Origin: an uncultured bacterium
Lineage (GTDB): Bacteria > Oederibacteriota > JAAXVQ01 > JAUVAV01
Length of the DNA: 64,000 nt
Assembly (NCBI GenBank): GCA_963710755.1
Contig: CAVQBK010000002.1
Coordinates: 1-64,000 of the forward strand
Reading direction: 5' to 3'
Shown here: positions 1 to 6,413 of the stretch, in pieces
Layout of the letters: each line of letters begins with the position of its first letter
Numbering within the stretch: position 1 is the stretch's first letter
Translations under genes and position numbers: made by a program
The notes under the pieces: model-generated
Databases searched by the model: none
Seen by the model: the letters and a program-made list of their open reading frames with translations, nothing else
Told to the model about the DNA's origin: nothing

Positions 1-39
1 ATACTTGCCCCTTTTCCGCGCTGACGGCACGGAAGTGGT

Positions 40-68
40 GGGGCGGCGGGTAGCCCACTCCGTCCCCT
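40..68. repeat. Imperfect hairpin made of a left and a right RAYT-associated short inverted repeat (GGGGCGGCGGG-TAG-CCCACTCCGTCCCCT)
   Basis: ACTCCGTCCCCT at 57-68 matches the motif upstream of RAYT2 (11118-11129); it is preceded by an imperfect complement. Confidence 0.55.
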
Positions 69-157
69 AACGTAAAAATAATCTACGTGGTGCTGGTGTT
101 AACTTTCTAACTTAAATCCCACCCTGCTATTTACACATTACCGAACAATTTCTTTAT

Positions 158-658
158 TTATTTTTCTTTTCCACAAATAGGACAGTCTTTTCTTTGGCAA
201 GAAATAGGAAATGGACCACCCATTCCATAAAACGTAGAAATATAATCATCTATTATAGTGGGATCATTTGCTTTCGGTTTAATAACTTCTAATAAATATT
301 TTTCAAACTCAATTTCATAATCCTGATAATTATCCTCACCAAAATCTTCAAGAAGTTTTCCTGAAACAGTTATAACTTCGCCAGGTTTCCAAGGTGGAGC
401 TAATGTTTTCTGATTCATTAACATTACACCGCTGCTTGGCCATTTGTTTCCAATATTATTATCAATTACTTGATAATCTTTGGGTGTAATGAATAATGTT
501 ACTGGCTGCTCAAATGTATATATAGTATTGTTTTTAACTTTTGCTCTTAGCCAAATATCACCAATAAATCCTATTTCATCTTCATATTCACCTTGAAGAA
601 TGACCATAACATCATACGCTGGACTAGTTTTTAAAAGCTCCTTTTTCCGGTATTTCAT
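158..658 (-). CDS. Hypothetical protein, 166 aa, AT-rich, with a C-terminal CxxxxCxxC cluster
   Basis: ORF track; no recognised family; a short TM-encoding ORF (655-774) overlaps its start. Confidence 0.65.
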   Translation of the reverse strand: MKYRKKELLKTSPAYDVMVILQGEYEDEIGFIGDIWLRAKVKNNTIYTFEQPVTLFITPKDYQVIDNNIGNKWPSSGVMLMNQKTLAPPWKPGEVITVSGKLLEDFGEDNYQDYEIEFEKYLLEVIKPKANDPTIIDDYISTFYGMGGPFPISCQRKDCPICGKEK

Positions 659-774
659 AATGAGCTTTTTTCGGGTGACATGGTTGGTGTATCACCCCAA
701 AATATCCATCCATATAGCGCGCCACCAATAATAAATATTGTTAAATATATTAAATATTTCATATTTTCTCGCAT
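655..774 (-). CDS. 39-aa membrane peptide (MRENMKYLIYLTIFIIGGALYGWIFWGDTPTMSPEKSSL), or the frameshifted N-terminus of 158-658
   Basis: Manual translation; AAGGA RBS upstream; hydrophobic helix; stop overlaps the next ATG (ATGA); A6 tract at 666-671. Confidence 0.5.
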   Translation of the reverse strand: MRENMKYLIYLTIFIIGGALYGWIFWGDTPTMSPEKSSL

Positions 775-824
775 GGCAATTCCTTATTTCAATTAATTCA
801 ATGCCAGAGTTAACTTGTTTACTT

Positions 825-849
825 AAACTGACAAACTGACTCCGCCCCT
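825..849 (+). repeat. Short-repeat half-site variant TGACTCCGCCCCT preceded by the tandem AAACTGAC x2
   Basis: Differs by a 1-nt deletion from TGACTCCGTCCCCT at 11116-11129; another 8-mer tandem ATTCGAAC x2 lies at 893-908. Confidence 0.5.
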
Positions 850-1087
850 CAGATCAAATTGCAAGTGCTATGACGGAATATCCTCTTAGCCTATTCGAAC
901 ATTCGAACTCCGGCACTTAATACTAACGCTCAATTTAGATTTTTTTTATCATTTTTTTAATAATATCATGTTTTTGATAGCCTACTTGCATATCCCAACC
1001 TGAAAATAGTTGCCAAAGAAAACCATGATGGGAAAGGGGACGGTCTTGCATTATTACCTTACTTCTAATCTTAAACGCCTTGCATAA

Positions 1088-2068
1088 TTAGCTTACATCT
1101 AATCTCAGTCGTCTCATTATAATCTTCCCCCGTTCTTTGGCCCGGCTTGCCGATGGTTCGGACATGCACGTCATGTTTGCCATGGCCTTATTTTTCTTTC
1201 CAAAATGCATTACGCCGGCATAGATCAGCATGGCCTTTCCGTCTGACACGGCCTTGCTTCTTCCCTTTTGAAATAAACGTTCTTTCTCTATGCCCTGTAC
1301 TTTCGCAACCTTATTGACAAATCCTTGCCAGCCTTTTTTTCGCATTTCCTTAGTCTGTTGTTCAAGCTTCTCTTCTTCCCTAAGGACCTCTTCCACAAAA
1401 TCACTGTCACCCAAGATACGGCTGTCATAAATTTGTGGAGCCGTCTTTTCCGGCCACTGGCCTTTATGGCTTCGTTTCAAACCACCGCCTGTTAGGTCAG
1501 GTCTTTTGCCCGCTTTTATCCCTTCCCTAATATACGCGGCATAGCGCGCTCTTGCTATCTTCTTGGTCTTGCCGAACAATGCCAAAACATCCTTCTGTTC
1601 CTGCCATGAATAATCAGCCGTCCCCATCAGTACGGAATGGCCGGAAAAGGGGTATTTTTTCAACCCCTTCATATCAGCCACTATTCCCGCCCGCAGAGGG
1701 TTCAAATGGATATAGCGGACCAGTTCCTTGAGATAAGCAGCTTCTTCACAAATAATGGATTTATACCGGTTTTGGAAAAGGTGGCCCGCCCTTTTATGGC
1801 GGGCATTAAAAGAAATGGCGTAGCCGCTCATCAACCGCCGCATAAACTGCGTAATGCCGCCGCTGCCACTGCGAATGAGCAAATGAAAATGATTGGGCAT
1901 GAGGGCCCAGGCCAATACTTGATTCGGAGATTTACGGAGACTGATTTCAATGCGATGAAGAAAATCATTATAGTCCGAAGTGGTTTGAAATAACTTACGC
2001 CGCTCCAGGCCACGGCTGATGATGTGGTGTAATAGACCGGGAGTGTCAAGGCGCGCTTGTCGTGGCAT
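1088..2068 (-). CDS. REP-associated tyrosine transposase (RAYT, HuH/Y1 family) with C-terminal helical/HTH extension; copy 1
   Basis: MPRQAR...HHIISRG N-terminus, HuH motif MPNHFHLL, GHLFQNRYKS, catalytic Tyr in YIHLNP, YPFSGH. Confidence 0.92.
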   Translation of the reverse strand: MPRQARLDTPGLLHHIISRGLERRKLFQTTSDYNDFLHRIEISLRKSPNQVLAWALMPNHFHLLIRSGSGGITQFMRRLMSGYAISFNARHKRAGHLFQNRYKSIICEEAAYLKELVRYIHLNPLRAGIVADMKGLKKYPFSGHSVLMGTADYSWQEQKDVLALFGKTKKIARARYAAYIREGIKAGKRPDLTGGGLKRSHKGQWPEKTAPQIYDSRILGDSDFVEEVLREEEKLEQQTKEMRKKGWQGFVNKVAKVQGIEKERLFQKGRSKAVSDGKAMLIYAGVMHFGKKNKAMANMTCMSEPSASRAKERGKIIMRRLRLDVS

Positions 2069-2074
2069 AAAGTC

Positions 2075-2103
2075 AACTTACGATCATTTCTTCATGATGT
2101 CAA
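2075..2103 (-). promoter_or_regulatory. Sigma70-type promoter for RAYT1, probably giving a leaderless mRNA
   Basis: TTGACA-17 nt-TAAGTT, ending 6 nt before the ATG; no SD sequence. Confidence 0.6.
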
Positions 2104-2216
2104 TAGGTAATTAAGCAAGACCGTCCCCTTTATTTACAACGGAAACTCAAACGGCACCAAGCTTATCAAACGCCAGATGACTTTGAGGCCATCGGCAACT
2201 ACTTATCTCAAACGGT

Positions 2217-2438
2217 ATGAAAGTCCATTTCCGACTGAGGCAAAACACTTTAACAAGCAGACAACAATCCTTGTGCCAATTCATTCTCACCAAAATCTAT
2301 ATATCTAAATCCGAAGCCGCCCATTATTTAGCAGTAAGTAATGACACAGCATTACGAGAATTACATGCACTAATGAAATTAGGTTTGATAAAAAAACAAG
2401 GTGTTTATAAGAACACGGTTTATCAGAAAATAGACTAA
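2217..2438 (+). CDS. Small winged-HTH protein or fragment (resembles the C-terminal HTH of Fic/ATP-binding proteins)
   Basis: ISKSEAAHYLAVSNDTALRELHALMKLGLIKKQG, a wHTH pattern. Confidence 0.55.
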   Translation: MKVHFRLRQNTLTSRQQSLCQFILTKIYISKSEAAHYLAVSNDTALRELHALMKLGLIKKQGVYKNTVYQKID

Positions 2439-2464
2439 TGGTCTCAACCACCTCCGTCGAATAA

Positions 2465-3081
2465 TTAAGCCATATGACCAATACGCATTAGCCGATTTTG
2501 CTGTTTTATTTTTTTTCGAAGCATATGTGGAGATGGACTAAATTGGTCAGAAATGCTTTTCCAGAGTCGCAGATATTGTCGCAAATAATCTGATTTCCAA
2601 CGCTTGGGCGCGAATATGGGCTGATCTTTTATGGTTCCCAGTTCTGTAAATCTTAGCTTATAACCAGGTGTTTGAGTGTATAGCCGGTTAATGCGCCACA
2701 GGGTATCCACAAATGTTTCTTCCAACTCCGGATGATCGGATAATAATCTTGAAACCAAGGTCATGATTTTTAACAACCGTCGTGACTCTTCTGGCAGCGG
2801 ACCACTGTAGCGCAGCAGCACCAGCCACCATGGTGATCTCAAATAGGAACGAACACGGCTCATGCGCTGCTCAATTAAACGCAATTCCTGGTCAAGTAGA
2901 TAAGGCACCAGCGCAGCATCTTTAAAGGTATTGAAAGATTTTTCACGAAGAGCATATGCATTGAAGGCACGGCTTAGCTCATTGGTGGTGATAAAGGTTT
3001 GCAGTCGATACAGCCCCTGTTCCAGCAGGCCGCTTGTCGGCATGCCATTTAATGTTAAATTTTCGAAAAAAACCGGTATGG
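2465..3081 (-). pseudogene. 3' fragment of an unknown gene truncated by the IS21 left end
   Basis: The open frame runs into the IS end at 3082; the ORF-track start lies inside the IS. Confidence 0.6.
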
Positions 3082-3178
3082 TGCGCATTCCGCTCAAAAA
3101 GGCCACCTGTTCCGATTCAAAAAGGCCACCTTGCCACTGAACAAAATCTCACTAGTCAAACTATAACATAGGTGGCCT

Positions 3179-3922
3179 TTATGGCATAGATTTTTGGTTG
3201 GGCTTACGCATGGATCCTCCCTTGAGCTCGAATTTGTAGGCGACATGGAACAGGCGGTCGAGAATGGCGTCGGCCACGGCAGGATCGCCGATGAATTCAT
3301 GCCAATCTTTGAGTGGCAATTGACCGGCAATGATGGTGGAGCCGGTCATATAACGCTCTTCAATCACTTCCAGAAAATCCTTGCGTTCCGACTCCGTCAT
3401 GGGCGTCAACCCGAAATCATCAATAATCAGCAATTTGACTTTTCCGAGTTTTTTGAGATGGTTGAGGTAGCCTCCTTCGCCTTTAGCGGCTAAGAGGTCG
3501 CCGAAAAGCCTGGGGCAGCGGAAATAAAGGGTGGAATAGCCGTGACGGCAGGCCCATTGGGCGAAAGCACAGGCCAGATAGGTTTTGCCCACCCCGGTGG
3601 GACCGCTGATCAGGAGATTGTGGTGTTCTTCCAGCCATTTCAAGTTCTGGAGCGGGACCACTTTGCTTTTCACCAGTCCACGGGGATGGTGATAGTCGAT
3701 GTCTTCCAAACAGGCGGAAGCGATTTTGAGTTTGGCCTGGGAAAGCATGCGCCTTTGCCTGAGTGTCCGGCGATGCAAGTGTTCTGCATCCACCAGCAGA
3801 CTGACAAACTCCTCAACAGATAAGTCCTGGTGATCGGGCCGGTCTTTTTTCTCAGCATAGGCCTTGGCCATGGCGAACAATTTCAACTCCTGCATTTTGC
3901 TGACGGTTTCTTCTGTGAGCAT
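3179..3922 (-). CDS. istB: IS21 helper ATPase IstB
   Basis: Walker A GPTGVGKT, Walker B LLIIDDFG, ADAILDRL, GGSMR. Confidence 0.95.
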   Translation of the reverse strand: MLTEETVSKMQELKLFAMAKAYAEKKDRPDHQDLSVEEFVSLLVDAEHLHRRTLRQRRMLSQAKLKIASACLEDIDYHHPRGLVKSKVVPLQNLKWLEEHHNLLISGPTGVGKTYLACAFAQWACRHGYSTLYFRCPRLFGDLLAAKGEGGYLNHLKKLGKVKLLIIDDFGLTPMTESERKDFLEVIEERYMTGSTIIAGQLPLKDWHEFIGDPAVADAILDRLFHVAYKFELKGGSMRKPNQKSMP

Positions 3923-4042
3923 GAAAAATTCCTCCTGATGATGAACGATTAGTCTTGAGCCGGAAAAAAGTGCTCCAGGATTCGTTTGGTTGAACGATCC
4001 CGGAGGGGATAGGGGTGTTACCCTACCCCGGAAATGTTGGTT

Positions 4043-5590
4043 TTAGTGTATGGTCACCTCCGGATCATAATAGTCAGCGCCCCGGATATTTTGATGGTGT
4101 TGGGAACGTTGCGGCGTGGGTTCCGGTTGAACTTGATCAAGATTTTTGGCCAGAATATTTTTCACGCCCTGGTAGGTAAGAAGATGAAAGGCCAGGGCCC
4201 TTTGGCAGGCGGCATTAAGTCTCTGGGCTGGAAAGCGTTTGGCCAGGCGGATAATGCCCAGACAAGAACGATAGGCTTGCTCGGGAAATTCCCGGCGGGC
4301 CATAATTCGTGCTACCAAAGCGCCAACCGCCTCGCCACTCTTTTGGGCCCAGGTCAAAATCCGCTCGGGCGTCCATTCCAGGTATTTCTGATGAGCTGGT
4401 GGCCGGTGTTCCATAACCGTGGTATAGGCTTGTTTTTGATAGCTGCGGACATGGGAGGCGATACGTTCTCCCCGATAGACGATTTCCACGGTGCTGATGG
4501 TCGCCCGTACTTCCAGGACTTTACGGATGTAGGTGTAGGGCACGGAATAATAATGCTTTTCATATTCTATATGATAGTCCGGGCCGGCCTTGACCGGTTT
4601 CCAATCGGCATACTCGTAGTCTTTATCCGGCAAGGCCAGGGCTTGAGGCTTGTCCAGGGTTTCAAACAATTCCAAACGGCTCTTGCCGATTTTTTTCATG
4701 AGCTTGCGGTTGAACTTCTCCAGCAGCTCAGCGATGGCCTCGTTCATGTCGGATAACGAGGTGAAAATCCGGTTGCGCAAGCGGGCCAAAATCCAGCGTT
4801 TGGCCAACTTGACACCATTTTCCACTATGGCTTTGTCCTTTGGTTTTCGTGGCCTGGCCGGCATGATGACCGTACCGTAATGCCGGGAAAATTCCAGAAA
4901 TAAGGGATGGACTTCCGGTTCGTAGTAACAGGGTTTGCTGACGGCCGCTTTCAAGTTATCCGGCACAAGTACTTTTGGACAGGCCCCGAAAAACCGTAGG
5001 GCCCCGGCATTGACGCTGATCCAGTTTTCCAAGTCCTGATGCTTCACGGCTCGGACATACGTATAATTGGAGACACCCCAGGTAAAGACAAACAAATGGG
5101 TGGGCACAAGTTCTCCGGTTTGCGGATCAACCAACTTCAGTCCCTGCCCGAAGTCCAGAAAGGCTTTTTCTCCGGCTTTGTAATCCTGGCGCAAACTGTA
5201 TTTCAGGTTTTTTTGATAGGCCCCCAAGAGTTCGCAAAACCGGCTGTAGCCATACCCGCCGGGGTCAACTTCCTTGTATTCGGACCATAACACCTCCTTG
5301 GTCATGTCCTTACGGGCAAGTTCCTGGACCAGGTAAGCATAATCCAGGGGTAGACGGCTTGGGGTTTGCGGGCCTTGGCCGGGGAATAATTGTTTTTCCA
5401 AGTTCTCTTCGCTCATGGATTCCGGCAGCGGCCAGTCCAGTTTGGCTGTCTCAAAGCGCAGGATATACTGCTGAACGGTTGTGCGCGCCAGGGCGCAGGC
5501 CCGGGCGATCATCCGTTCTGAAAATCCATTTTCGTACTTCAGCCTCAATACTTCCTTGATTTTTCGCATACTCATCCTCTCCCGACACAT
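4043..5590 (-). CDS. istA: IS21 DDE transposase IstA (start probably 5590)
   Basis: MRKIKEVLRL N-terminal HTH, VPDNLK, PARPRKPKDKAIVE, C-terminal HQNIRGADYY; GGGAGG RBS before 5590. Confidence 0.95.
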   Translation of the reverse strand: MCRERMSMRKIKEVLRLKYENGFSERMIARACALARTTVQQYILRFETAKLDWPLPESMSEENLEKQLFPGQGPQTPSRLPLDYAYLVQELARKDMTKEVLWSEYKEVDPGGYGYSRFCELLGAYQKNLKYSLRQDYKAGEKAFLDFGQGLKLVDPQTGELVPTHLFVFTWGVSNYTYVRAVKHQDLENWISVNAGALRFFGACPKVLVPDNLKAAVSKPCYYEPEVHPLFLEFSRHYGTVIMPARPRKPKDKAIVENGVKLAKRWILARLRNRIFTSLSDMNEAIAELLEKFNRKLMKKIGKSRLELFETLDKPQALALPDKDYEYADWKPVKAGPDYHIEYEKHYYSVPYTYIRKVLEVRATISTVEIVYRGERIASHVRSYQKQAYTTVMEHRPPAHQKYLEWTPERILTWAQKSGEAVGALVARIMARREFPEQAYRSCLGIIRLAKRFPAQRLNAACQRALAFHLLTYQGVKNILAKNLDQVQPEPTPQRSQHHQNIRGADYYDPEVTIH

Positions 5591-5908
5591 TATCCACCCC
5601 TCCCAAATGTAGTTCATGACCGTTTAGGTTATTTCTCAAGCCCGGCTTGGTAACCCCAAAGGACCAAGTTCAGGCAAGGGATGGATATTATGCTTTATTT
5701 TCAATGGTTTTGTGGGATTTTGTTTAGTGGAATCACGAGAAAAGTGAGGTTATTCCGATAAAGTGGCCACCTGTTCCGACAAAAAGGCCACCTGTTCCGA
5801 AAATCCTCTAAAAGTGGCCCGATTCAATCGTAGCAGGTGGCCCGATTGGATTGGAATGGGTGGCCACTTTGAATCGGAATGGGTGGCCTTTTTGCTCCGG
5901 TGCACGCA

Positions 5909-6377
5909 TAAGCATCAATCCCTTTTCATCAGCATCACCGGTGGCTTTGAGGTAGTCTTCTATGGAGTCTTTATATTTGTCTTCATACACAAAATCATTA
6001 CCAGTGTTATAAGGCGGATCAATGTAGATCATTTTGATGCGGCCTGCATAACTTTTTTGCATTAATTTCAGTACTTCCAAATTGTCGCCTTCAATAAACA
6101 TATTCCCCGTATCTTTTTCACTGATGCCTTCACCTGTTGCCTGGTAAAGACTGCCTCCCGAGGGCTGCACTGACAAAGCACGGGCTTTTCTTTTACCAGG
6201 CCAGTTAAGGCCATAGTGCTCATCACTCTCTTCATCTTCCAAATAAGGATCAATTACTTCTTTTAATTTTTGCCAATGAATTTTCCCGTCAGATAATGCT
6301 TCCGGAATGATGGCTTTTAAAGCGTTTAATCGTTCATCATTAAGTTGAAATATAGGATGGAGTTTCTTAGCAAGCAT
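5909..6377 (-). pseudogene. mod: Type III R-M Mod (N6-adenine methyltransferase), 5' fragment truncated by IS21
   Basis: YGLNWPGK, FIEGDNLEVLKL, IYIDPPYNTGNDFVY motifs; the frame is cut at the IS end. Confidence 0.88.
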
Positions 6378-6413
6378 GATTCGTCCCCCCGGAACAATAT
6401 AATTAGCTAACGA

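Larger units (their letters stand above)
1033..2131 (-). mobile_element. RAYT unit bounded by a perfect 17-bp inverted repeat (AAAGGGGACGGTCTTGC 1033-1049 / GCAAGACCGTCCCCTTT 2115-2131)
   Basis: Direct reading of both ends; they enclose the transposase gene and its promoter. Confidence 0.85.
3082..5908 (-). mobile_element. IS21-family insertion sequence (~2.83 kb)
   Basis: 5'-TG...CA-3' ends, imperfect IR (TGCGCATTCCGCTCAAAAAGGCCACC vs TGCGTGCACCGGAGCAAAAAGGCCACC), multiple internal GGCCACC repeats, istA+istB; no target duplication. Confidence 0.93.

Noticed and set aside
1088-2068. Classification as an IS200/IS605 element with TnpB
   Set aside because: No tnpB, and the protein is 326 aa with RAYT-type motifs and short inverted repeats rather than IS200 subterminal hairpins
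4034-4756. 240-aa plus-strand ORF in IS21
   Set aside because: Antisense shadow of istA
5757-5900. Clustered GGCCACC/GGTGGCC repeats that superficially resemble a CRISPR or iteron array
   Set aside because: These are the multiple transposase-binding repeats typical of IS21 ends; no unique spacers and no cas genes
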